This document shows positions 1 through 9,939 of a DNA stretch of 64,000 bases, in pieces. This DNA comes from an uncultured Acidobacteriota bacterium (lineage in GTDB: Bacteria > Acidobacteriota > Vicinamibacteria > Vicinamibacterales > CAVVIG01), in assembly GCA_963711505.1 (NCBI GenBank), contig CAVQEJ010000003.1, forward strand, positions 2,439,720-2,503,719, written 5' to 3'. The number at the start of each line of letters is the position of its first letter. Position 1 is the stretch's first letter. The notes under the pieces are model-generated. The model did no database searches, was not told the origin of the DNA, and saw only the letters and a program-made list of their open reading frames with translations. Made by a program: the position numbers and the translations under genes.

Positions 1-917
1 AAGGCGAGGCCGCAGAGGCCGGTGAGGGCGCCGCCCGCGGTCATCTTGATCCAGTGCGGCGTCGACAGGCGGATGACGAGGGTTCTGATGCGGCGGAACG
101 CAAGGTCGAAGGCCATCGTGACCAGTCCGCAGATGACGCCGAGCAGCGCCGCCCAGAACAGATCGCGCCGCGCGAACGTGCCACCGGTCGAGAAGTCGAA
201 CAGCGGGCCGGGGCCGAGGAACCAGGCGAGGGTGGCGTACGAGACCACCGACGCGATGAGCGACGGCAGCAGCGCTTCGTGGGCGAGGTCGTCCTTGTAC
301 GGCATCTCGAGGGCGAAGACGAGGCCGGTGAGGGGCGCCCGGAAGACCGCGGCCATGCCGGCGGCGGCTCCGCTGATCAGCATGATGCGGCGATCGCGCG
401 GGTCGAGCCGGAACCGCCGCAGCTTCGTCCAGAGCCACGATCCGATGGCCCCGCCGCCGTAGATGCTCGGCCCTTCGAGCGCGGCACTGCCGCCGGTGCC
501 AACCGTGGCAATCGCGGCGAGCAGCTTCGGCAGGAACGGGCGCAGGTCGATCTCGCCCAGGTGCTCGTGGTACGAGCGGATGACCTCCTCGGTGGAGTGC
601 TCGTCCGGATCCGGCGTCAGGTGCTGCATGATCAGCCCGGCCACGGCGAAGCCGGCGGCAATACCCGGCACGATCGTCAGCGGGTGATCCAGGAAGACGC
701 GCAGCAGCGGCGGCCACATCCACTGCAGGATGATCGTGGCGATCAGCGTGATCACCAGCCCCGTGACGATGCCGACGATGGGCGCGACGACGAGCCACTT
801 GTGCAGATCGCGCGAATAGGTGGCCGCGAGATCGTCGCGCACCAGCGCCGCATACCTGCGCAGCCGGGGATGCCGCCACCGGGGTGATGCCTCCGAGGTT
901 CCGACCGACTTGTTCAT
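1..917 (-). CDS. ClC-family voltage-gated chloride channel, N-terminal ~305 codons (3' end runs off the left edge)
   Basis: My own reverse-strand translation; it is absent from the ORF track because there is no in-window stop. It reads MNKSVGTSEA...APIVGIVTGLVITLIATIILQW...AAIATVGTGGSAALEGPSIYGGGAIGSW...ISGAAAGMAAVFRAPLTGLVFALEMPY. The xEGP-like and APLTG..FALE motifs and several hydrophobic helices are typical of ClC channels. A GGAG-type SD precedes the ATG at 917. Confidence 0.75.
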   Translation of the reverse strand, partial: MNKSVGTSEASPRWRHPRLRRYAALVRDDLAATYSRDLHKWLVVAPIVGIVTGLVITLIATIILQWMWPPLLRVFLDHPLTIVPGIAAGFAVAGLIMQHLTPDPDEHSTEEVIRSYHEHLGEIDLRPFLPKLLAAIATVGTGGSAALEGPSIYGGGAIGSWLWTKLRRFRLDPRDRRIMLISGAAAGMAAVFRAPLTGLVFALEMPYKDDLAHEALLPSLIASVVSYATLAWFLGPGPLFDFSTGGTFARRDLFWAALLGVICGLVTMAFDLAFRRIRTLVIRLSTPHWIKMTAGGALTGLCGLA

Positions 918-1156
918 GACCGATCCACCACTCCCGCCCCGGAGCGGTGCCGTATGCTGCCCGCCACCCGGGACTCCGACCAGACCGGCCATTATATCGT
1001 TTCACGACATAAAATCATTCTCCCCTGGACGCACGTTCACGCCGCCCGGCCCGATTCGACCGCAAGAATCGCCACGACCAGACGCGCGCGCGCGTCTAAG
1101 ATGAATATCCAGATCGTCCGCGGCCCTGGGCCCGGGGCGATGAAACGAGGTCCGAC

Positions 1157-2143
1157 ATGCCGACCCCTCTCGATGCCGCCATTCAGGATCAACTCGTGGA
1201 GCGGCGGGAGCGCGTCGAGGCCGCCCTGGCGTCGACGCCCGGTGGCCCTCCCGGAGCGCTGCAGGCGCTGCTGACCGAAATCGATCAGGCGCTCGACCGG
1301 CTGGCCGGCGGATCGTTCGGCCTGTGCGAGGTGTGCCACGACCCGATCGAGTCCGATCGGATCGTCAACGATCCGCTCGTCCGCTTCTGCCTCGACCACC
1401 TCTCGGCATCCGAACAGCGAGCGCTCGAGCGTGACCTGCAGCTCGCCTCGCAGATTCAGACCGGCCTGCTGCCCCAGACCGACGTGCGCCATGGGCGCTG
1501 GCGGGCGGCGCGGCACTACCGGCCGCTCGGCCCGGTGAGCGGCGACTACTGCGACCTGGTGCCGGAGGCCGAGGGCCACGTCTTCTTCATGCTGGGCGAC
1601 GTGTCGGGCAAAGGGGTCGCCGCCTCGATGCTGATGGTCCACCTCCACGCGATGTTCCGGACGCTGATCTCGGTCGGCATGCCGCTGACGTCGATGCTGG
1701 AGCGGGCCAGCAGCCTGTTCTGCGAGAGCACGCTCGCCGGGCAGTACGCCACGCTCATCTGCGTGCGCGCCGATGCGGACGGCCTGGTCGAGATCGGCAA
1801 TGCCGGCCATCCGCCGCTGCTGCTCGTCGAGTCGGGCGGCGGCGTCCGGCAGATCGCGGCGACGGGCCTGCCGCTCGGCATGTTCTGCACCGGTCAGTTC
1901 ACCGTGCACGAGGCGCGGCTCGCGCCAGGCGACGCGCTGCTGCTGTACAGCGACGGACTCACCGAAGCCTGCAACCGCGACGGCGAACAGCTCGGCCTCG
2001 ATCGCCTGACCGCAGTCGCCCGCCAGCACGCCGGCCGCCCGGTGCCGGCTCTCGTCCAGGGCTGCCTGGACGCTCTGACGGGCTTCGCCTCCGGCGCGCC
2101 GCTCGAGGACGACCTGACGCTGATGGCGATCGGGAGGGAATAG
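1157..2143 (+). CDS. SpoIIE/PP2C-family protein phosphatase with N-terminal DksA/TraR-type zinc finger
   Basis: ORF 1157..2143 (328 aa). The N-terminus carries GLCEVCHDPIESDRIVNDPLVRFCLDH, i.e. C-x2-C-x17-C-x2-H, which is the DksA/TraR spacing. The C-terminal ~230 aa has SpoIIE motifs (GDYCDL, FFMLGDVSGKGVAASMLM, LLLYSDGLTEA). A GAGG SD lies upstream. Confidence 0.85.
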   Translation: MPTPLDAAIQDQLVERRERVEAALASTPGGPPGALQALLTEIDQALDRLAGGSFGLCEVCHDPIESDRIVNDPLVRFCLDHLSASEQRALERDLQLASQIQTGLLPQTDVRHGRWRAARHYRPLGPVSGDYCDLVPEAEGHVFFMLGDVSGKGVAASMLMVHLHAMFRTLISVGMPLTSMLERASSLFCESTLAGQYATLICVRADADGLVEIGNAGHPPLLLVESGGGVRQIAATGLPLGMFCTGQFTVHEARLAPGDALLLYSDGLTEACNRDGEQLGLDRLTAVARQHAGRPVPALVQGCLDALTGFASGAPLEDDLTLMAIGRE

Positions 2144-2294
2144 GGGATACTTGTGACGTGCCGGGTGCAAGGTGCACCGTGCGACGTGAACGTCGCCGAA
2201 GGCCATGCCGAGCCGAGGACCTGCGAATCCGAGGCGAGGCATCGGCGTCAGTTCCGCGCGGGGGTGGGGCCCCGCGCGCATTGAAAGAGGCCGC

Positions 2295-3206
2295 ATGACC
2301 ACCCCCGCTGACGCCTGGCCGTCCCTCCCGCTCGACTCGTGGCAGGACACCTACGACACGCTGCACATGTGGCTGCAGATCGTCGGCAAGATCCGCATGG
2401 CGCTGACGCCGCACGTGAACCACTGGTGGGAAGTGCCGCTGTACATCACGTCGCGCGGCCTGACGACCTCGCCCATTCCGCACGGGACGCGCACGTTCGC
2501 CCTGACGTTCGACTTCATCGATCACGTCCTGCGCATCGAGGCGAGCGACGGACGGACCGACGCGCAGCCACTGGCGCCGATGACCGTCGCCGACTTCCAT
2601 CGCGACCTCATGGCCCGGCTGCACCGCCTCGGGCTCGACGTCACGATCAACACGCTGCCGTGCGAGGTGCCGTCGCCCATCCGGTTCGAAGAGGATCGGA
2701 CGCACGCGGCCTACGACGCGGCCGCGGCCGCCCGCTGCTGGCAGATCCTGCTGCAGGCCGATCGCGTCTTCAAGACGTTCCGCGCCCGGTTCACCGGCAA
2801 GGTGAGTCCGGTGCATCTGTTCTGGGGCGCGTTCAATCTCGCCGTCACCCGCTTCAGCGGACGCCCCGCGCCGGCGCGCGAATGGCCGCAGCTGGCGGCC
2901 GTGATGCGTGACGCGTACTCGCACGAGGTCATCAGTGCGGGCTTCTGGTTCGGGGGCGGAGGCATCGACGAGCCGGCCTTCTACGCGTACGCCGCGCCCG
3001 AGCCGGCCGGCTTCGGCGCGGCGGCGGTCCGGCCCGACGCCGCCCGCTACGTCCCCGAACTCGGTGAGTTCGTCCTGCCGTACGAAGCGGTCCGGACGTC
3101 CGCCTCGCCCGACGAGACGCTGCTCGAGTTCCTGCAGAGCACCTACGAGGCGGGCGCCAATCTCGGCCACTGGGATCGCCCGGCGCTCGAGCGGCCGCTC
3201 GTATAA
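2295..3206 (+). CDS. conserved hypothetical protein, DUF5996-like (family assignment from memory)
   Basis: ORF 2205..3206, with the start moved to the in-frame ATG at 2295 (GAAAGAGG SD just upstream). [55 protein letters not shown] resembles the DUF5996/Ava_C0101-like family. Composition is protein-like. Confidence 0.65.
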   Translation: MTTPADAWPSLPLDSWQDTYDTLHMWLQIVGKIRMALTPHVNHWWEVPLYITSRGLTTSPIPHGTRTFALTFDFIDHVLRIEASDGRTDAQPLAPMTVADFHRDLMARLHRLGLDVTINTLPCEVPSPIRFEEDRTHAAYDAAAAARCWQILLQADRVFKTFRARFTGKVSPVHLFWGAFNLAVTRFSGRPAPAREWPQLAAVMRDAYSHEVISAGFWFGGGGIDEPAFYAYAAPEPAGFGAAAVRPDAARYVPELGEFVLPYEAVRTSASPDETLLEFLQSTYEAGANLGHWDRPALERPLV

Positions 3207-3213
3207 TGCCGTC

Positions 3214-3888
3214 ATGACGATGGACGAAGGCCTGACCGGCCCACGGGTCGCTGAGCCCGCGGCCGCGTGCCACAATGCTGCCGTGGCCCGCCTCCTCCTC
3301 TTCCACAAGCCGTACGGCGTGCTCTGCCAGTTCACCGATGCCGGTGGACGGCCGACGCTCGCCGACTTCATTCCCGTTCCTGGCGTCTACGCGGCCGGCC
3401 GTCTCGACGCCGACAGCGAAGGGCTGCTCCTGCTGACCGACGATGGCCGGCTGCAGCAGCGGATTGCCGACCCGCGCTTCAAGATCGAGAAGACGTACTG
3501 GGTGCAGGTGGATGGGGAGCCGGACGACGCCGCACTCGACGCGCTGCGGCGCGGCGTGCGGCTGAAGGACGGCCTCACACGTCCGGCCCGCGTGCGGCGG
3601 ATCGCCGATCCGCCGATCGGACCGCGTGAACCGCCCATCCGCGTGCGACGCCACATTCCGACGAGCTGGCTGGCCCTGACGATCGGCGAGGGCCGCAACC
3701 GTCAGGTGCGCCGGATGACGGCCGCCGTCGGCCATCCGACGCTGCGCCTCGTGCGGGTCGCCGTTGGTGGATGGCGCCTCGACGGACTGGGTCCGGGCGA
3801 ATGGCGGGACGTGCCGGCCGTGCTGCCCGCGTCAGCCCGACGCCCGCCGTCGGCGGGCCGCGACCGACCCGGGCGCCGCAGCCGGTGA
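3214..3888 (+). CDS. RsuA/RluE-type pseudouridine synthase
   Basis: In-frame ATG at 3214 within ORF 2908..3888. Motifs are [33 protein letters not shown] (catalytic Asp motif), EKTYWVQV and [11 protein letters not shown]. Confidence 0.85.
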   Translation: MTMDEGLTGPRVAEPAAACHNAAVARLLLFHKPYGVLCQFTDAGGRPTLADFIPVPGVYAAGRLDADSEGLLLLTDDGRLQQRIADPRFKIEKTYWVQVDGEPDDAALDALRRGVRLKDGLTRPARVRRIADPPIGPREPPIRVRRHIPTSWLALTIGEGRNRQVRRMTAAVGHPTLRLVRVAVGGWRLDGLGPGEWRDVPAVLPASARRPPSAGRDRPGRRSR

Positions 3889-3892
3889 CGGA

Positions 3893-4696
3893 TCAGCGGC
3901 GGGAACCGGCACCGCGCGCGTCGGGCGGGACCACATGCGCCATCTCGGCGAACAGGCCCGACGGATCGTGGTCGAAGTGGTACACCTTCGCCACCTCGAT
4001 CTCCAGGCCCCGGACCCGCGCAGCCGGTGCACCAGCCAGCCGAGCACTGCGCCGACCGCGGGACCAAGCCAGTACACCCACCAGGTCCTGCCAGGCACCG
4101 GCGGCAATCTCGGGGCCGAGCGTCCGTGCCGGATTCGTGCTCGTCCCCGACACCGGCGCCTCGAGATAGACCATGAGCGCGTAGAGCGGCGGGAACAGCA
4201 GCGGCGTGTACGGCCGCAGCCGCCGGTGCCCCAGGAAGACGAACAGCAGCACCACCAGCGCCAGCGTCGTGACGACCTCGCCGGCGAGCGCCGTCAGCGG
4301 GCCGAAGCCAGGGCCCGGCAGCGTCGCACCGTAGGTCACCGAGGCGCCGGCCCGCCCCCAGACCAGCAGCGCCGCGCCGCCCAGGGCCGCCCCCGCGCAC
4401 TGCGCCACCACGTAGGCGACGGCGTGCCCCGCCGGCATCCGTCCCCGCAGCCAGAACGCGAAGGTGACCGCCGGATTGATGTGGGCGCCGCTGACCCGCC
4501 CGACCCCCGACACGGTAATGAGCGCACCGGTCGTGCCGAACAGGAATCCGGTGAGCAGGCGCCGCGTACCCGCGTCCGGCACGAGCTGGACGAACGGACT
4601 GCCGCGGAAGCCCGCGAAGATGACGAGGGAGACGCCGAGGGCGACGAGCAGCGCCGTCCCCCAGGCCTCGGCGAGACAGGCCTTCAGAAGTGACAT
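3893..4696 (-). CDS. MIP/aquaporin-family channel with an internal compensated frame disturbance
   Basis: ORF 3893..4696 (267 aa) has two NPA boxes (HINPAVT, STNPART). The canonical last helix WWVYWLGPAVGAVLGWLV is readable only in another frame (ORF 3832..4107) between ~4084 and ~4010. That implies +1 nt then +2 nt disturbances that cancel out. Confidence 0.8.
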   Translation of the reverse strand: MSLLKACLAEAWGTALLVALGVSLVIFAGFRGSPFVQLVPDAGTRRLLTGFLFGTTGALITVSGVGRVSGAHINPAVTFAFWLRGRMPAGHAVAYVVAQCAGAALGGAALLVWGRAGASVTYGATLPGPGFGPLTALAGEVVTTLALVVLLFVFLGHRRLRPYTPLLFPPLYALMVYLEAPVSGTSTNPARTLGPEIAAGAWQDLVGVLAWSRGRRSARLAGAPAARVRGLEIEVAKVYHFDHDPSGLFAEMAHVVPPDARGAGSRR

Positions 4697-4787
4697 GGCA
4701 TGAACCCGACCGGATTCTACGGCGTTTCGTGCCGTCCCGCGAGTCCAGGCCGCCCCCCTTGACGTCCAGCCCGCAGCGGATCTAGCT

Positions 4788-4818
4788 TTAGACCATACGG
4801 TCTGACCGGATGGTCTAA
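4788..4818. promoter_or_regulatory. 31-bp near-perfect palindrome, putative TetR operator
   Basis: TTAGACCATACGGTCTGACCGGATGGTCTAA. Fourteen of 15 arm positions pair around centre 4803. It lies 33-63 nt upstream of the TetR ATG, and a TTGACG -35-like hexamer sits at ~4759. Confidence 0.45.
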
Positions 4819-4850
4819 GCTTGGATCTTCCCGCTCAGTCCCTGCTGCCC

Positions 4851-5525
4851 ATGCCGCGCCCCCGCTTCGACCGACTCGACGCCGAGAAGCGCCAGCACAT
4901 CCTGGCGGTCGCCGCCGAGGAGTTCGCCACCCACGGCTTCGCCGGTGCCTCGCTGAACCGGATCATCGAGCAGGCCGGCATCAGCAAGGGGGCCGCGTAC
5001 TACTACTTCGACGACAAGGCCGATCTGTTCGGCACCGTCCTCCACTCCGGCATGGAAGCGTTCCGGCCGGACGCCGACGCCATCCTCGACCTCGACCGCC
5101 TCGACCACGACACGTTCTGGCCGGCCGTGCTGCGCAGCTACCAGAGCCTGCTCGACGCAATCCGGCGTCAGCCCTGGCTGACGGCGCTCGGCAAGATGTT
5201 CTACGGCCCGCCGCCCTCCCCCACGCTGGGCTCGCTCGTCGAGGAACAGCTGACGATGGCGCGCGACTGGCTGGGCCAGCTGGTCGCGCGCGGCCAGCAG
5301 GTCGGAGCGGTCCGGACGGACCTGCCGGGCGATCTGCTGTTGACGGTGCTGGCGGCGGCAGGCGAGGCGGCCGACCGGTGGTTCGTCTCGAACCGCGATC
5401 GGCTGGATGCGGAACAGGCCGATGCGGTCGCGCTCGTGCTGTTCGACGCGCTGCGCCGGATGGCGGAGCCGGCGAGCCTGTCGCCACGCGCGGCAACGCG
5501 GCAGCTGCCAGGATCCGGAGCGTGA
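4851..5525 (+). CDS. TetR/AcrR-family transcriptional regulator
   Basis: ORF 4821..5525 (TTG), with ATG 4851 preferred. The HTH is QHILAVAAEEFATHGFAGASLNRIIEQAGISKGAAYYYFDDKADLF. Confidence 0.85.
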   Translation: MPRPRFDRLDAEKRQHILAVAAEEFATHGFAGASLNRIIEQAGISKGAAYYYFDDKADLFGTVLHSGMEAFRPDADAILDLDRLDHDTFWPAVLRSYQSLLDAIRRQPWLTALGKMFYGPPPSPTLGSLVEEQLTMARDWLGQLVARGQQVGAVRTDLPGDLLLTVLAAAGEAADRWFVSNRDRLDAEQADAVALVLFDALRRMAEPASLSPRAATRQLPGSGA

Positions 5526-5568
5526 GCGACGGCCAGGCGTGGGGGTGGGCCCCCACGCGAATTGACCT

Positions 5569-6306
5569 ATGCGGACAGAAACCATGAACGGCGCCCCGCC
5601 GCGCGAAGCGGTCTTCCAGATCCGTGGCCTGAGCAAGGTCTACCACATGGGTGAAGTCGAGGTGCAGGCGCTGCGCGGCGTCGACCTCGACATCTACGAC
5701 GGCGAGTTCCTGGTGCTGCTCGGCCACTCGGGCAGCGGCAAGTCGACGCTGCTGAACATCGTCGGCGGCCTCGACACGGCGACGACCGGCACGGTGCGGT
5801 ACCGCGATCACGAGCTGACGCACGCCGACGACGCGGCGCTGACCCTGTTCCGGCGCGACCACGTCGGGTTCGTCTTCCAGTTCTACAACCTCATTCCCAG
5901 CCTGACGGCGCTCGAGAACGTCGAGCTGGTCACCGAGATCGCCGAGCACCCGATGAAGCCGGCCGACGCCCTGCGACTGGTCGGCCTGGGCGATCGGATC
6001 GAACACTTCCCGGCGCAGATGTCGGGCGGCGAGCAGCAGCGGGTCGCGATCGCCCGGGCGATCGCGAAGCGTCCCGAGGTCCTGCTGTGCGACGAACCGA
6101 CGGGCGCCCTCGACATCACGACGGGCTCGGCGGTGCTGAAGGCGATCGCGACGGTGAACGACGAGCTGAAGACCACGGTCGTCGTCATCACCCACAATGC
6201 GGCGATCGCGGAGATGGCCGACCGGGTGCTGACGCTCTCCGACGGACGGATCGCCAGCGAGCGGCGGAATCCGGTGCGGCAGCCGGTGGAGAGCATCCGA
6301 TGGTGA
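5569..6306 (+). CDS. ABC transporter ATP-binding protein (MacB/LolD-like)
   Basis: Walker A is GHSGSGKST, the signature is [14 protein letters not shown] and Walker B is [11 protein letters not shown]. An alternative start is ATG 5584. Confidence 0.9.
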   Translation: MRTETMNGAPPREAVFQIRGLSKVYHMGEVEVQALRGVDLDIYDGEFLVLLGHSGSGKSTLLNIVGGLDTATTGTVRYRDHELTHADDAALTLFRRDHVGFVFQFYNLIPSLTALENVELVTEIAEHPMKPADALRLVGLGDRIEHFPAQMSGGEQQRVAIARAIAKRPEVLLCDEPTGALDITTGSAVLKAIATVNDELKTTVVVITHNAAIAEMADRVLTLSDGRIASERRNPVRQPVESIRW

Positions 6307-6349
6307 GCGGCCGCGGCGAACGCGGACCGCGGACGGGCGGGAGCTGAGC

Positions 6350-8713
6350 ATGCGCGCGATCACCCGCAAGCTGCTGCGCGACCTGTTCCACATCCGGAGC
6401 CAGGCCATCGCCATCGCGCTGGTCATCGGCGCGGGCGTGGCGATGTACGTGCTCATGCTCAGCACGTTCGACTCGCTCGCGCTCACGCAGCACACCTATT
6501 ACCAGCGGTACCGCTTCGCCGACGTCTTCGCCTCGCTCAAGCGGGCGCCGCTCTGGCTGGCCGACGACATCGCGCGCATCCCGGGCGTGGCCGAGGTCGA
6601 CACGCGCGTGGTCGTCAACGTGACCCTCGACGTGCCCGACGTCGAGGCGCCCGTCACGGGCCGGCTCATCTCGATTCCCGAGGAGCACCGGCCCGCCCTG
6701 AACGACCTGGCGCTGATGACCGGCCGCTGGATCGAGCCCGGCCGGTCGGACGAGATCATCGCGAACGAGAAGTTCGCCACCGCCAACCACCTGACGGTCG
6801 GCGACACGATCGGCGCCATCATCAACGGCCGGCGCCGCGAGCTTCGCATCGTGGGGCTCGCGCTCTCGCCCGAGTACGTCTACGCGGTCCGCCCGGGCGA
6901 GCTGGTCGGCGACGACGCCCGGTTCGGGATCCTGTGGATGGGCCGCCGGGCACTGGCCAACGCGTTCCAGATGGAAGGCGGCTTCAACGACGTGACGCTC
7001 TCGCTGATGCCGGGCGCCTCGTCGCAGGAGGTCATCGCCCGGCTCGACCGGCTGATCGAGCCCTACGGCGGGCTCGGCGCGATCCCGCGGTCGCGCCAGC
7101 TCTCGCACTTCTTCCTGCAGAGCGAGCTCGATTCGCTGCACGGCATCGGGCGCGTCGTCCCGATCATCTTCCTCGCCGTCGCGGCGTTCCTGCTCCACAT
7201 CGTGCTCAGCCGGATCGTGACCATCCAGCGCCAGGAGATCGCGGCCCTGAAGGCGCTCGGCTACGGCAACTGGGAGGTGGCGCAGCACTACGTCCAGCTG
7301 AGCCTGCTGGTGGGGGCCGCCGGCTCGATCGCCGGTGTCGTCGCGGGCGCCTGGATGGGCCGCGGCATGACGCAGATCTACACACGGTTCTTCCAGTTCC
7401 CGCTGCTCGAGTACCGGCTGCCGGCCCCGGTGGTCATCGAGTCGGTGGCGATCGGCCTGGCCGCCGCCGCGGCGAGCGCGCTCGACGCGGTGCGGCGCAT
7501 CCTCCGCCTGCCGCCCGCCGAGGCCATGCGGCCCGAGCCCCCGGCGACCTACCGCGTCAGCCTGCTCGAGCGGGTCGGCATCCGCCACTGGCTGTCGCAG
7601 CCGAGCCGCATCGTGCTGCGCAACATCCAGCGGCATCCCGGCCGATCGCTGCTGTCGACCATCGGCATCGCGTTCGGCGGCGCCATCATGGTCGTCGGGC
7701 TGTTCACGATCGACTCGTTCAACCACGTGATGGACGTGCAGTTCAACCTCGCCCAGCTCTACAACGCGATGGTGACCTTCGTCGAGCCGGTCTCCTCGTC
7801 GGCCGTGCAGGAGGTCGACCGGCTGCCCGGCGTCGTGCAGGCCGAGGCGTTCCGGTCGGTGCCGGTCAAGATCATCGCCGGCCAGCGGTCGCGGTACCTC
7901 GCCATCACCGGCCTGCCCGCCCCCTCCCGGCTGAACCGCATCATCGGCGCCGCGGACCACGTCGTCACGCTGCCACCCGATGGCCTGGTGTTGTCGACGA
8001 AACTGGCCTCCGTCCTGCACGTCCGTCCCGGCGACCGCGTCACGCTCGACGTGCTCGAAGGGGCGCGGCCGGTGCGCCAGGCCGTCGTGGCCGGCCTCGT
8101 GGACGAGTACATCGGCACCAACGCGTACATGCGCATCGATGCGCTGCACCGGCTGATGCGCGAGGGCGGCAGCGTGTCGGGCGCCTACCTGCTGACCGAT
8201 CCGCAGCACCTCGACCGGTTGTACACGACGCTGAAGGCGACGCCGAAGGTCGCGGGCGTCAGCCTGAAGGCCGCCGAGCGGGAGAACTACCAGAAGACGC
8301 TGCTCGAGAGCATCGGCATCACCCGGACGGTGACCATCATCTTCGCGATGATCATCGCCTTCGGTGTCGTCTACAACACGGCCCGCATCGGCCTGTCGGA
8401 GCGGGCGCGCGAGCTCGGCACGCTGCGCGTCATCGGGTTCTCGCGCCCCGAGGTCGCCTACATCCTGCTCGGCGAACTGGCGGTCATCACGCTCATCGCG
8501 CTGCCGCTGAGCCTGCTCATCGGCTACGGCATGGCGGCCGGCGTCGTCCGCGTGTACGACACCGAGGTGTACCGGATTCCGCTCATCTTCACCGCCCGCA
8601 CGTCGCTCGAGGCGCTGGCCACGACCGTCATCGCCACGCTCGTCTCCGGCTGGCTCGTCCGCCGTCGGCTGAACCGGCTCGACCTGATCGCCGTGCTGAA
8701 AACCCGGGAGTGA
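6350..8713 (+). CDS. ABC transporter permease with two FtsX-type modules
   Basis: Intact 787-aa ORF. It has an N-terminal TM helix (IAIALVIGAGVAMYVLML) and two repeated halves, each ending in a cluster of TM helices. It sits directly after the ATPase. Confidence 0.9.
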   Translation: MRAITRKLLRDLFHIRSQAIAIALVIGAGVAMYVLMLSTFDSLALTQHTYYQRYRFADVFASLKRAPLWLADDIARIPGVAEVDTRVVVNVTLDVPDVEAPVTGRLISIPEEHRPALNDLALMTGRWIEPGRSDEIIANEKFATANHLTVGDTIGAIINGRRRELRIVGLALSPEYVYAVRPGELVGDDARFGILWMGRRALANAFQMEGGFNDVTLSLMPGASSQEVIARLDRLIEPYGGLGAIPRSRQLSHFFLQSELDSLHGIGRVVPIIFLAVAAFLLHIVLSRIVTIQRQEIAALKALGYGNWEVAQHYVQLSLLVGAAGSIAGVVAGAWMGRGMTQIYTRFFQFPLLEYRLPAPVVIESVAIGLAAAAASALDAVRRILRLPPAEAMRPEPPATYRVSLLERVGIRHWLSQPSRIVLRNIQRHPGRSLLSTIGIAFGGAIMVVGLFTIDSFNHVMDVQFNLAQLYNAMVTFVEPVSSSAVQEVDRLPGVVQAEAFRSVPVKIIAGQRSRYLAITGLPAPSRLNRIIGAADHVVTLPPDGLVLSTKLASVLHVRPGDRVTLDVLEGARPVRQAVVAGLVDEYIGTNAYMRIDALHRLMREGGSVSGAYLLTDPQHLDRLYTTLKATPKVAGVSLKAAERENYQKTLLESIGITRTVTIIFAMIIAFGVVYNTARIGLSERARELGTLRVIGFSRPEVAYILLGELAVITLIALPLSLLIGYGMAAGVVRVYDTEVYRIPLIFTARTSLEALATTVIATLVSGWLVRRRLNRLDLIAVLKTRE

Positions 8714-8715
8714 GT

Positions 8716-9931
8716 ATGTCTGCGCAGACCCGCCGAACCCGCAACCGCGTGATCGCCTGGACGGCCGTCGCCCTCGTCACCGCCGCGCTGATCGTCGCCG
8801 CGCTGATGCCGAGCGCCACGGCGGTCGACCTCGCCGCCGTCACGCGCGGCGACCTGCAGGTGACGCTCGACCACCAGGGCAAGACGCACGTGCGGCACCG
8901 CTACACCGTGTCGGCGCCGGTCGCCGGCCGCGTGCTGCGGATCGACCTGGAGCCGGGTACCCCGGTGGAAGCCGGCCGGACGGTCGTCGCCACGTTCCGT
9001 CCCGCCACCTCGCCGCTCATCGACGCGCGCAGCCGGCGCGAGAGCCAGGCGCGCGTGCAGGCGGCCCAGGCGTCGGCCGACCAGGCGAAGGCCGAGCTCG
9101 CCCGCATCCGCGCGCAGCGCGCCTATGCCGATCAGCAGCTCAAGCGAACCCAGAACATGTCCGAGGAGGGGATCGCCACGAAGGACGCGCTCGACGCGGC
9201 GGTGTCGAACGCCCGCGCGCTCGCCCAGAGCGAGGACGCCGCGGCGTACGCCCTGCGCACCGCCCAGCACGAGATCGAGGCCGCCCGCGCGGCCCTGCTG
9301 CCGCCGCAGACGGGCGACCGGGCGGGCGGCGACCTGGAGATCCGCGCCCCGGTCACCGGCGTCGTCCTGCAGCGCCTCCACGAGAGCGAGACGGTGGTGC
9401 CGGCCGGCGAGCCGCTGATGGAAATCGCCGATCCCGCCGACCTCGAAATCGTCTCCGACTACCTCTCGACCGACGCCGTGCAGATGCGCCCCGGCATGCC
9501 CGTCGACATCGACCGCTGGGGCGGCCCGCAACCGCTGCGCGGCCGCGTCCGGCTCGTCGAGCCCTACGGCTTCATGAAGGTCTCGGCCCTCGGCGTCGAG
9601 GAGCAGCGGGTGAACGTCCACATCGAGTTCGAGGATCCGCGCGCGGCGTGGCAGAAGCTGGGCGACGGCTACCGGGTGGAGACCCGCGTCGTCATCTGGC
9701 AGCGGACGAACGTCCTGAAGGTGCCGACGAGCGCGATGTTCCGCAAGGGCGACGGCTGGGCCGTGTTACGTGGACGAGAACGGCCGCGCACGGCTGCGGA
9801 CGATCGCGATCGGCGAACGCAGCGGCCTCGAAGCGGAGGTCACCAACGGGCTGAAGGAAGGCGACCGCGTCGTCCTGCACCCACCCGACACGCTGACCGA
9901 TGGCACGCGGATCGAGGAGAGCGGGGAGTGA
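8716..9931 (+). CDS. HlyD/MacA-type periplasmic adaptor (membrane-fusion protein), one +1 frame change near 9767
   Basis: In-frame ATG at 8716 within ORF 6934..9963. It has a signal anchor, a coiled-coil (QASADQAKAELARIRAQRAYADQQLKR) and barrel motifs (IRAPVTGVV). After GDGWAV the real continuation YVDENGRARLRTIAIGERSGLEAEVTNGLKEGDRVVLHPPDTLTDGTRIEESGE* is in the +1 frame, with its stop at ~9929-9931. Confidence 0.8.
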
Positions 9932-9939
9932 GAGTGAGT

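Noticed and set aside
1037-2350. A 437-aa minus-strand ORF overlapping the SpoIIE-type phosphatase gene. ORF 33044..34492 is similarly antisense to the decarboxylase.
   Set aside because: The composition is Arg/Ala/Gly-rich junk with no motifs. The plus-strand partners carry clear catalytic motifs.
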